A DNA stretch of 58,965 nucleotides, the filler included, from Catajapyx aquilonaris (Eukaryota), in assembly GCA_000934665.2 (NCBI GenBank). It is 3 parts of 3 records of this genome, joined end to end, with 100 filler letters (N's around TTAATTAATTAA, not from the genome) between each part and the next. Parts side by side here need not be neighbours in the genome. Positions count along the whole stretch, not along the records: positions 19,676 to 39,352 come from JYFJ02006444.1; positions 39,453 to 58,965 come from KZ539536.1; 1 more part is not named here. The stretch is one strand, 5' to 3'. The stretch's first letter is position 1, and every line of letters starts with the position of its first letter. Below the pieces are notes generated by a model. That model had not been told where the DNA came from and did not search any database. It saw only the letters and a program-made list of their open reading frames with translations. Positions 36,318-47,800 of this stretch are shown here, piece by piece. Made by a program: the position numbers and the translations under genes.

Positions 36318-37212
36318 GAGGCGCCTAGAACAAAAGGGGCCCAAGTCCAAAAAACTCAGGTTGGGATAATTCACCTGCAAGTTTGGAGGGTCCTAGAAAA
36401 AAGGGAAATCATATGGCTGGATCCATAATATGTCAGCTTGGCAATCATTACATGGCAGTAGTCTTTCTTACATGTATTGCTACTGTCACAAAAAATTTGA
36501 TTTATTGATAAAAAATCATATGTGACTTACACCATATCAATCTTACAAATCGCATGGACTTACACCATTTTTGACTGGGTGTAATAGAGTTGAATCCGGA
36601 TATAACAGAGTCTTGTTATAACCAAGGTCTCTTATATCCGATTACAAAAACCATCTATGATGCAAGTATGCCGGAACCGGCCTTTCGAGTTTGTTATAAC
36701 CGAAAGTCTGTTATACCCGAGGCTGTTATATCCGGATTCAATTGTATTTATAAAATTTCCTTTGATCATTCCTCAATTTTTTAACAAAAATAATAACAAA
36801 AATAATTTTAGTAACAATTAATTTCAAAAAAAAATAAGAGAAGGAAATTTTCAGCAAAAATTAAAAAATTAAAAATGACAAAAAATAATTTTAAACATGG
36901 CAAAACTGACAGCCACACACTTATTATTTGTCATACACAACAATATATTTGTCTGTAGAGATGCTGCCAGAAATATCGCCTAGACCTTCGTCGGCCATCT
37001 TTAACAGCCGGTATGGTACTTACACCAGGATTGCTCCAAGGGTTAGGCAACTCTCCTTGGAGCATAAATGACATTGTCATTTACTGCCCAAATATACAAC
37101 TTAGGATTTATACTATTTTTTTACCAACTTGGAGTAGTTCTCCTAATGTGATGGCAGTCCTATCTCGAAAATTGCATTTTTGGACTTGGGCCACTTTTGT
37201 TCTAGGCGCCTC
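36318..37212. mobile_element. Sola-like non-autonomous element, with a nested pogo-like MITE at about 36587-36743
   Basis: AATT-GAGGCGCCTAGAACAAAAG.GGCCCAAGTCCAAAA ... TTTTGGACTTGGGCC.CTTTTGTTCTAGGCGCCTC-AATT; 4-bp AATT TSD and GAG termini. Confidence 0.72.
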
Positions 37213-37248
37213 AATTGTTGTCGAGTGTCCATTCTCCCTTCTAATGCT

Positions 37249-37957
37249 ACATAAAAGTCAAATATGAGAAGGATCCTTACATATCAGAGATGAACAACGG
37301 CAGCCTTCCTGGAGATATCTGTCCAAGTGGGGCAGGGGGTTCAAGTGTCAGACACAATCAACAAGAAATGAACTCCAAGGAAATGGCAACAACCGACTTT
37401 AACAATGGTTGCTGAAAACAAAACAAGTGCCTGGGTAAGACAAACAAGAGCATTTCTGTGACCGGTGCATTTTACTCATTGTACATTTTACTCATAACGT
37501 CATAAGATTCATGCATATGTAAATTTCTCCCATCATGCACCTGTCTCTTCGGTATTTAAGCTAGCCCCTGTTGGAGTATCATGGTCAGTCGGTTCCCTCC
37601 TTGGGCCGACTACCCGACTGGGGATATGCCCTTGGTCGTTAAATATACCTTTACCCACCTTGTTATCCACACACCCAAGCTGATCATAATTAAAGTTGTC
37701 AGAGTCTATTTTACGTCTTTACGTATCCCCTTCACCTCCCCGCTCGGTCACATAAAAGTCAAATATGAGAAGGATCCTTACATATCAGAGATGAACAACG
37801 CCAGCCTTCCTCGAGATATCTGTCCAAGTGGGGCAGGGGTTCAAGTGTCAGACACAATCAACAAGAAATGAACTCCAAGGAAACGGCAACAACCGACTTT
37901 AACAATGGTTGCTGAAAACAAAACAAGTGCCTGGGGTAAGACAAACAAGAGCATTTC
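37249..37957. repeat. Direct duplication of about 208 bp (37249-37456 and 37750-37957)
   Basis: Near-identical ACATAAAAGTCAAATATGAGAAGGATCCTTAC...AAGACAAACAAGAGCATTT blocks about 500 bp apart. Confidence 0.93.
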
Positions 37958-38760
37958 CTTTGACCCAGGCTAAGGATGACCTCGTTTTAATGCTGGTAGC
38001 AATTATTCACATGAGCCAATACAATATCAGATTGGCATGACTTCCACAATCATATGATAACCCTCAATCTACGTATAATAGGGCCCATTTCAAGTGTGGT
38101 GTAGTTGCACCATCCTGAAGATTCTACTGGACTTTGAATGTAAGGTCCATTCACACAACCACATATTCTCCGAGCCAGTTTTGGAATCTCTTTATTTAAC
38201 AATCAAAAAACAATTATAATGGAATCTATAAAGCTACTATGATAAAAATCGTGGCTGTGTGAATTGGCATTTTTATCGTCAAGCTTAACCGATCTTAATC
38301 CGGAGTAGTGGCTGGTGGCGAGGGGGCTTGATTTGGTGAAGTACCGTATTGCATAGTGTAATATTTAAAGTTAATGTTCAGTGTATGTCATCTGAGATGG
38401 GCAGGGGTGGGGGGTGGGACGGGTTGTTTATAGGTTTATTTTCACAAGTTTTAATTTAGTTCATATGTTGGGTTAGCTTGCATCTCCCTTCATCGCTGAC
38501 TACCCCTCATAGGGAAATGTCGTGGAAATGTCTTGATGATGATCATCATCATCATCAAGCTACTAACTGAAAAGGAATGTTTTTAAAAAAATTCCAATTT
38601 ATTACATAACTAGCAGCGGAGCCCGTTCTTCACACGGCCTGTTTCCATGGTAATGGGTAATCACCAACAAAATCCCGTTGCCATCCTGCGCAAACACAAA
38701 AACAAAGAAACTTTACCTTACATGCGTAGATTATAAAAATATGTTATTAATTTATAGCAG

Positions 38761-39092
38761 GGAGACGGAGTGGCGCCGTGGTAACACGTGCGCCCACGGA
38801 AGTTAAGGTCCCGGGTTCAATCCCCACCCGGGGTCCCACCTTCTTTCGTGCAGAGTGAGACCGTCTCTGGCTTCGTTTCGGGTGGCGATCCTTGCACATA
38901 AGCCACCCGGGGGAGTTCACAAAACGGCAAATACAACGTCTGTGCACACGCACTTTGCACATCCCCTCCTACCTACCCTTGGAACACACTAAGTACTATC
39001 ACACAGTACACCAGTTCCACCCAAATGGTGGTAATTCCACCCCCCTAATGGAAATCAACTCCCAACGGGGTACAATTTAAAAAAAAAAAAAA
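38761..39092 (+). mobile_element. tRNA-derived SINE, family C, with poly(A) tail
   Basis: A and B boxes (GGTTCAATCC), poly(A), 20-bp TSD ATGTTATTAATTTATAGCAG at 38741-38760 and 39093-39112. Confidence 0.92.
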
Positions 39093-40643
39093 ATGTTATT
39101 AATTTATAGCAGCAAACCCGAGTGTAGTGTCTGGTATGATACCGGTACTACGCCCCAAAAAATGATCGTCGCAGGTTATCCTGGCTTGGGTGCAACCATT
39201 GTGTGTGTGATCAGGTCTTGACTAAGGTCTGGGGACGGAAGTCTGTGGTTTTACCGTAGCTGTGGGGACCCGTTCCAATTGTGGGGACATTTGTCGGTCC
39301 CCACAGTCTCACACACGCGAAGTGTACCATTACAGTGGGGACATGTGTAAATNNNNNNNNNNNNNNNNNNNNNNNNNNNNNNNNNNNNNNNNNNNNTTAA
39401 TTAATTAANNNNNNNNNNNNNNNNNNNNNNNNNNNNNNNNNNNNNNNNNNNNGGCCATGTTGGGCCCACATGTAGCGCTTCCCTTTTGTACCTATAAAGT
39501 TCAGCCTAGTCCGGTAGGGTCGCCACATAATTGCTCCGGGAAACGTCTCATGGCGCTCTCAGGTGAGCACCCACTGCAAAACTCCTCGGCAGGTAGAATG
39601 TAGTATAAGTGTCCGGGGGCTGATTTTGGCTAATGACTAACGTAAGTGTTTCAACTTCAACAATAATATTTTTTCAATGATTTCACTTTATTTACATAAT
39701 TTTTTGGTGAAAACTCCAATAAAACTTCCATTTTATAATTTTAAACAGGCTCTTTTTTTTATTTTAAGACACGTGTATTTTGTTTATTCTCTCCATAATA
39801 TGGCCCATGTCTAAATGATGATAATTAAAGCTTTTATAACGTGTAAGTAATGTGGGTTAAAACTTTTGAAGCACACTTTAAAACTCCAGCGAGGTAATAA
39901 GATAACTTTTTTTTTTTAACACAAATTTTAAAACCCTTGCTATTTGATAAGAATGAGATGGTATTTTCCCCTTGGAAGACACTCAGATGAAAGGTGTATT
40001 AGAATAAATCAGGCCCCCTTGCTCAAAACTATCTTGTGTCTGAATTTTGCAGGTATCTTATTAACCCCATCTTCCCCTAGGTCCAATTTTGGAGGTTTCG
40101 AGTTCTTTACACCAACAGGGTCAGGATGTATGAACATGATTAACAATGGATATAGCTATTGTTTTCATAGAGACGAAAATAGATATAGACGAAATAATTA
40201 GTTAACCATAACCATCCTGAAGATGCCTTTTCCTGTTCTACTAGTTGATACCGTGCAAGTAGCCTAAGATTCCTAATGAGCCAGCTAGCCAGGATTTCCT
40301 AAATTCACTGGCTTATACACAAGTCCAAGGGCAAACCTATCTGACCTTAATGAATGCAGTGATATTTGGAGACTAGAATGTACAGGTTGAGAGTCCTTTA
40401 TTTGAAATTCCAAAATCCAAAGGTTTTTGATTAGTAACATGACACACCACAAATGGAAAATGCTATGTGAGTACATCATAGCAAGCATCACTACCTGTAT
40501 CTGCATGAATACAAAATAATGGAACATTTCTATAAAACTACCTCCATGGTTAACGCTAACCTGTATTTAAAAATGTAAATGGTTATCCTGGTTCAGGCAT
40601 TTATCCCATCTCAAAGCTGCCCCATTTTATAATGCAAATATTC

Positions 40644-40916
40644 AGGGCGACACGGTGGCCGAGTGGTTAGCGCCACAGCCTTCCACCTCTAAGGTCCCGA
40701 GTTCGATCCCCGGGTCGGACGGAGGATATACTTATGTGGATAGAGTTTCGATGGGTTCTCTCCGTGTTCGCGTGGGTTTTCTCGGGGTTCTCCCGTTTCC
40801 TCCCACTATCAAAATCCATCACATTACAGGCAAGTGATTAAAGTCGGTTATTCAAAAGATGATCCCCTAAGAGGCCCCAGGGGCCTATCACGGGGTATCC
40901 ATTATTATATTATTAT
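40644..40916 (+). mobile_element. tRNA-derived SINE, family B (best-preserved copy); partial copies at about 32315-32447(-) and 42945-43015(-)
   Basis: GGTGGCCGAGTGG A box, GAGTTCGATCC B box, (ATT)n tail, 14-bp TSD TAATGCAAATATTC at 40630-40643 and 40917-40930. Confidence 0.92.
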
Positions 40917-41413
40917 TAATGCAAATATTCTGAAATCCGAAATCTGAATCATTTCTGGTCCCAAGCCTTTCAGATAAAAGATTCTCAACCTGTATGTTGC
41001 ACAAATCTTGGCAATCCCTTGAGCCCTATGGCATCCCACTAAGCAATTTATTGAGACAGTGTCACTCATTGTCAGTTTTGCAGGGTTGTTGTTTCATTGT
41101 AAGCAGACCATAACAGCTTAACAATTTAGGGCAGCATCACATGTCGAATTACGTTCAATATAACACGCTGCATTTGCAATTTAGTGCTAAAGGCAGATCA
41201 TGTCCTCAGAGCATGGGTAGGTGTGATTCTAACATCTGGGAAGGAGGCAAGGCTGTGACCAACAATTATATGAAACATTTGTCTTCATTGTTCAAATTTA
41301 AGAAACTCTGCTGTTTCCAGGCTACTTTGGTGGACTCTTCCACCCAGAAAAAATAACCTTGTTTATTCCCATCTTACTGCCGCCCAGAGTCAAATGGGAG
41401 CTGAGTTTAAGCT

Positions 41414-41801
41414 TCAACTGGAATTTACTTGTGCGCTGAGAAATGAAAATAACACCAAATGTAATGAAAAACACTGGTTAAAATTCAGTTGAGGGTAAAT
41501 TACTACTTGTGAAACGCAGTAGTGGTGTAGTGGTATGGTGACCGACTGCTAATCGGGAGGTCCTGGGTTCGAATCCCGGAGGCCGGCGACCCTGACCATG
41601 GTTTTCTGTGGTTTCCCATGGTCCTTGCAGGATAATTCCGGGGTCGTTACCGTAATATAGGCCACAGCCGCCTCCTTCCTACCCTTTCCCTGCTTCATTC
41701 CGGTGATGAGAAAAATAGTAAAAATGGAAGAGTTCCAGACAAAAAATTGGGAGAAATCCCCCCCTAGGAAAGCCCGTAGGCTGATAATAATGGGGTATCA
41801 A

Positions 41802-41878
<77 letters not shown>

Positions 41879-44800
41879 TACTACTACTACTTGTGAAACC
41901 AGGCAATTATTATCAATCAGAATCAATCAGTCAAACTTTAAGATACTCACTTCCCCTCCCTGTTGCTGAGCTTCTCTTCATCTTCTCTGCTGCCATTGCG
42001 CCCTCCTCGCCCTCCTGATCCCCTCAGCGACCGGTCCTCAGAGCATGAACGGCTGCCACTCCCACGACCTTTGCCTCCACGACCTGCAAGCTCACTCAGG
42101 GGTTCGTCGTCAGACGATTCCCCAGGTGGGTGGCCACCACCTGAAAGAATACATGATCAATACCTTTTCGTTGCTACATGCAAGAGGTTATTGCGGTCTT
42201 TGCAGTAGTAGTAACAAGCGTTGTCGTTATCCTATAACAAGCCTCTGGCCTCCTAGGGCTTTTATAAATACCGAAATTAATTAATCATTGTGTTGCTGAT
42301 GGATTTTAATCGGGGAAGCAAATTAGGCCACCCCTTAAAGGGACAATTCACTCAAAATAGAAGAAAGTCTCTAAACATCAGGCAGAAAATCCTGATTCCG
42401 GTGATACCATCGGTTTTTTTTCTACTGCGAACGGTAATCCAAGAAATAAAGGTCAAAGTAGGCTGGCTGCTATCCCCCTTCCCCTCCAGTCCAACCCACA
42501 CCTCCCCCAGACACCTGGCGGCTGCATGGGGAAGTTGGATACGGCCCCCCGCGAGTTTGAAATGCAGTTCGGTCGGATATTTTTGGCCGCTGCCAATGCA
42601 TATGTTGTCACCGAGGTAAACAATTAGGGACCAAGGAAAAGCGAGGTCCGAAAAGTAACACCTCGGTGACAACATGCAGCAGCCCGAAATATCCGACCGA
42701 ACTGCATTTCAAACCCGCGCCACACTCGATCAGACCTTGAATTTTTTCCGACTTTCTTCTCTTCCCCTGTCATTACTGTTCGCCACAGAGATAAACAGAT
42801 CGCATTCTCGGAATCAGGATTCCTTGCCTGATTTTTCGAGACCAACGTGTATTTTGAGTGGACTGTCCCTTTAACAACTCACATGAACATGTAGAAAATC
42901 CATTACTAAACTGTTTCCACATGATAATTTATTCCACTGTACAACCTGGGGTTCAAACATTGCACCTCCGAGGCAGAAGGCTATTATGCTAACTACTTGA
43001 CTAGTCTGCCACCCCAGGTTATTATAATTATAAGTTACAGGTTCACAATCTCATCTCATCTCAGGTGTGAACCTGTAATGCAGTGCAGATGGCAAAAATT
43101 CAGATAATGACAAATTGACAAAAATAGCCCGGACACATCATTTCGGAAATAGCAAATTTCGTCAAGTCCAGTCAAAAGGGGACATGTTTAAAATTCCTTC
43201 AGGAAATCATGTACAGTGTAAGAAGTTCCATAATATAGCTGACAACCTTATCCGAGTAATTTCATAGATGCATGCTCATGTGAATTCACCATCAAATTCA
43301 ATATATTGTCAAAATATACATACCAATGCCATTTCCTTTGGCATGTATCTTACACCAAACTTGCAAGTTGAAATAAGCTTCCATGACATTTACTCAGATG
43401 TGGATGTGAGCTCAGCAATTAATCAAATTGTATAATTATAATTCCATCAAGGAAGTAGTGTACGATTTTATAACCAATGCAAATTATATGCACTCAAAAT
43501 AATACCACCACTCTATAATTTCACGCCTTCCTTCTGGTTACCCACATTTCTCACCTCTCCTGGAGCGGACTGTCTTCTTTTGCTCTAATGCAGGATCTGC
43601 CTTTTCATCCTCCTTTTTAACTCCACTAGTCCTCTTCGCAGGAGCTGATCCGACCGTTCCTGTAGCAATCCCTCCTGGCCCATCCTCCACCCCCATGCAA
43701 GCCTTGATCAATTCAGCAGCATTCTCTGAGCTCTTCCGTTTTCCAGGCCTGACTACTGGTGTACTTGGGCCACTCACTCCCACCTCTGATGTCACATCTG
43801 GAGTCATACTTCGCCTCTCTTTCCTTGATTCATCCTCACTATCCTTCACACTAGATGCAGCTGAACTTGTTGAGTTTTGCCGCTTCCGTCTAGTTACACT
43901 TCCTCCAGGACTCTGCTTAGGACTGTTTGAACAAGCTGGCAGTGCTGTAACTGCTGTGACATCCTCAAGCAGCTTCCCACTTGAGCGAGTGCTACGAGTG
44001 ATCTTGGGATCTGGCAGCTGCAAAACTTCCTGTGATGGAATCTCAATGACCAGCTGCTCCAATTTGGGATCCCTGGCCACATAGGTGTGGTCCGGAAGGA
44101 CCTCTGAAGGCACACCTTTGTCTTCCTCTTCAGAGTGCTCTGCATCTGACACTTGGTTCTGGTAAACCTGGGAATGACTCTCTTCTGGCTGTGGAGAGGG
44201 CGAGTCCCTGTGCTTCTCAGGATTAGAGTAGGTGTACAGGGGAGGCTTCACATGGATGGGCTGTGGGTCCTCAAGGGTTGGAGATGACAATGGCGACCGT
44301 GTTGTTGTTGTTGTTGTTGTTGTACCTTCACAGCAATTAGTGATATTTCCACTGGTCTCAGGTTTCCCAACATCCACCAACTTCTTACCCATAACCACAG
44401 ACTTTACCACCACCTTGACTGGGGCCACCTTCACAGGTGACACAAGCAGGGCTGATTGCTGGCTGCCCTTAGGTATGGTCACCAACTTAATTGGCAACAT
44501 CTTGCGACCGGGAAGCACAGCAATGGACGGTGAGGCAGCAGCTGCTGATTGGATTGCCAATACAGCTGCAGTAGATGATGTCATAATGGATACTGGAGTT
44601 GGTAGGGATGTGGGAGGATTTGGGGTGGGTGGGACTAATGGTGGAGCCAACAGTGGAGCTTGAGACATTGATGGCACCTCATCTGCTGCAGGAGCAACAG
44701 CTATGGTTGTTGGTGGCATGGTCAACTCTACATTTGGCTCATTACTAGAATCTTGTTGGGACTCGCCCTTTTCAATGCAGGACTCACTGGGGGCCTTGGG

Positions 44801-47800
44801 TGCATTTACAGGTACCTGCAGATGTAGCTCTTCAGAAGAGGCAAATGTTGCATCACCAGAAGGCTCTGCCTGTGGCAGAACATGATGGTCTAAAATAGGC
44901 TCAGTGTCCAACTTGGGAGGAGATTGGGGAGGAGATTGGAGAGGAGAATGGGGAGGAGAGTGAGATGGAGAGTGAGATGGAGAGTGAGAAGGAGACTCAA
45001 GAGGACACTGGGCAGAAGACTGGAGATGAGCATGGGAAGGTGACTGAGAAGGTGACTGGGGAGGAGATTGAGGGGCAGATTGAGGAGGTGACTGGGGATA
45101 TGGCTGTGGATCTGGCTTTAGATCTAGATCAGAAGGTAGCTCTAGAGGTAGTTCAGAAGGTAGCTCTAGAGGTAGTTCAGAAGGTAGCTCTAGAGGTAGT
45201 TTGGAAAGTGCCTCTGGGAGAGGCTCCTCTACAGATACTTGCTGCGGCTCTTCCATAGGTGCTTTCAATGGTGCCTCTGTAAGTGCCAGCAATGTCTCCT
45301 CTTTAGGTACTTCTAGTGGCTCCTCCTGAAGTGTTTGCGATGGCTCCTTCTGAAGTACTTGCAACGGCTCCTTCTGAAGTATTTGCAATGGCTCCTCCAG
45401 AGATGATTGCAATGGCCCTTCCTTGGATGTCTCCTCCTTTTCCTCCAGAGGTGCTTGCAATGGCTCTTCCTCAGGAATGAGAGGTGATGCCTCAGGTGGT
45501 ACCTCTAGTGTTTCTTCTAGTGGCTCCTGTGCTTGTGCCTCCACAAGTAGGGCAGGTAGTACTTGTGGTGTCTCCAGTACTTTCTCAGGAGCAGCCTCTA
45601 CCAGGACATCCTGAATTGCATCCACATTTGCCTGCTCACAAGCAATACCTGATGGGTCTTCTAGAATCACATCTGATAACGACTCAGGGGGTGGTTCAGG
45701 GAGTTGATCACAGAGTGGCTCACAAGGGGCTTCTTCAGCTGGTTCCAATGGCACCTCAGCTGGAACATCTGGAGGTTGACAAGCAACCTCCACTTTGTCA
45801 ACTTCAGGTGTGTCAGATACTACATCTGTGACTGTTTCAGGTGAAGTATAAGGCACCTCAGCATCATCATTTTCATTTTGTTGCCTGCACCCTATTTCCT
45901 CTCCTCCTCCTTGCTCTGTCCTCTCTTCATGATCCATTGCTCCTGCTTCTTCCTCCTCATCCCGCATCGGTGTTCCACTAGGTGGCTCTGGCACCGATAC
46001 TTCCATGGCAGTGATTTCTTCAACCTGGACATGACATTTCCTCATTAGAACAGTATGTCATAAAATAAGACAGATATTGTACGTTACACATGTGACACTG
46101 CTTTTTTAGTACAATGGGGTTCTAGCCTTGGTCTGGGATTTGGGTAATTTGTACACAGATAGCTCGACCATACATGTAAACAAGCATTCCATCACTTTTC
46201 AGGCAAAATGTCAATCCTTGATACTATGCAACATGATATTTGTCCACAGAAATTCATAGCTATTTCCATGTTTCTTAGGTCATCGTAATTCATAATGACC
46301 ATTCATTTTGTCTTTTATTTGTTTTTGACCTCGGGGCAGTCAAAAACCCAAAATCCTCAAATATAGCAGTTTTTCCTAATCAAGTGGACCTAAATGTTGC
46401 TAGACCATCTCAGACTTTGCTGAAAATAATCACAATTGTACACACCTATACCATAACACTGCCTATGAAGTTTTAGCTAAATTGCGCAATACCGTGGGGA
46501 GGGAAAAAATCGCGAAATTTTGGAAATTGGGCCTTTTTTTGATAATTTTTTCCGGTTAGTGGAAGTGGTCAAAACCCATTCGACATATGCATCAAATCAA
46601 AGAGAAACACCCTGAGAATGCGCCTATGGAATTAGTTTTACCTGAAATGTAACCAGAAAAACATGCATGGCATTTCATCAGTCACATGTCCAAGAATTTG
46701 GCTCCATGAAAATTAATGGTAATTCGGCAAAACACATGTATTATTTACTCACGAGCCATGCATGACCCAGGATTGAAACTGAACATATTAAATCTTGTGC
46801 AGGTAACAACTCCTGTCACCAAATATGGCTGCTCTTAAGCACATACATCACTAATAAATTATTATTGGGGTCTAAATACTTGGACATGGTGCTGAGGATG
46901 TGACTGATGGAATTCCCCCCAGATTTTTCTGGGTGCATTTTCGAGAAAAAGAAATTAAATAACGTGCATTCTACTCGCGTTTCTCTTTCATCTGATGTGG
47001 ATGTCGATTGGGTGGGGAGACAAAGTGGCGCTGCGGAAACGTATGCACCCACGGATGTTACGGTCCCGGGTTCGATCCCAGCCTGGGGTTCCCCCCTTCA
47101 TCTCGTGCAAAGTTGGGTCGTCTCTGGCTTCGTTTCGGGTGGAATTTCCTTAGACTAATCCACCCGGGGGAGTTCACAAAATGTACAGTTTGAGAATTTC
47201 ACTTGCACCTTGCACATCCCCTCCCAGTCACCCTGCCCATGGGCCCGGGCGCTACAGCAAAGGTTCCATCAAGACGAAATAAAAAGGTTCCCTCCCTACG
47301 GTACGATGCAGGGAGGTTCAAAATAATAATAAGTTGATTGGGTTTTGACCACTTGCAATACCCGAAAAAAAATTATCCATAAAAGGGTCCCATTTTCAAA
47401 ATTTCGTGATTTTTTCCCTCCCCACGGAATTTCTCAATTTGGCTGAAACTTGATATGCAGTGTTACGGCATGTGTGTACAGCTGTGATTATTTTCACCAA
47501 AATCCGAGATGGTCTAGCAACATTCAGGTCCACTTGATTGGGAAAAACTGCAAGATTTGAGGATTTTGACATTTTGATTACCCCGAGGTCAAAAAGACAA
47601 AATTAATCGTCATTATGAGTTACGAGTGACCTAAGGAACACGAAAATGGCGATTAATTGCCATGGGCACAAAAAAAAGTTGATTTTTGTTGCATAGTGTA
47701 TCACGGGTTTAAAAGTCATTCCCAAATTGGCGGGAAAAACGGGGGCGTGACCTAGGGCGCATTTGGACTCCTGCCTTTTTGCATGTGATGTCAAGGCCAC

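Noticed and set aside
41679..41969. Poly-Asn and poly-Ile ORFs
   Set aside because: Translations of the (ATT)n SINE tail.
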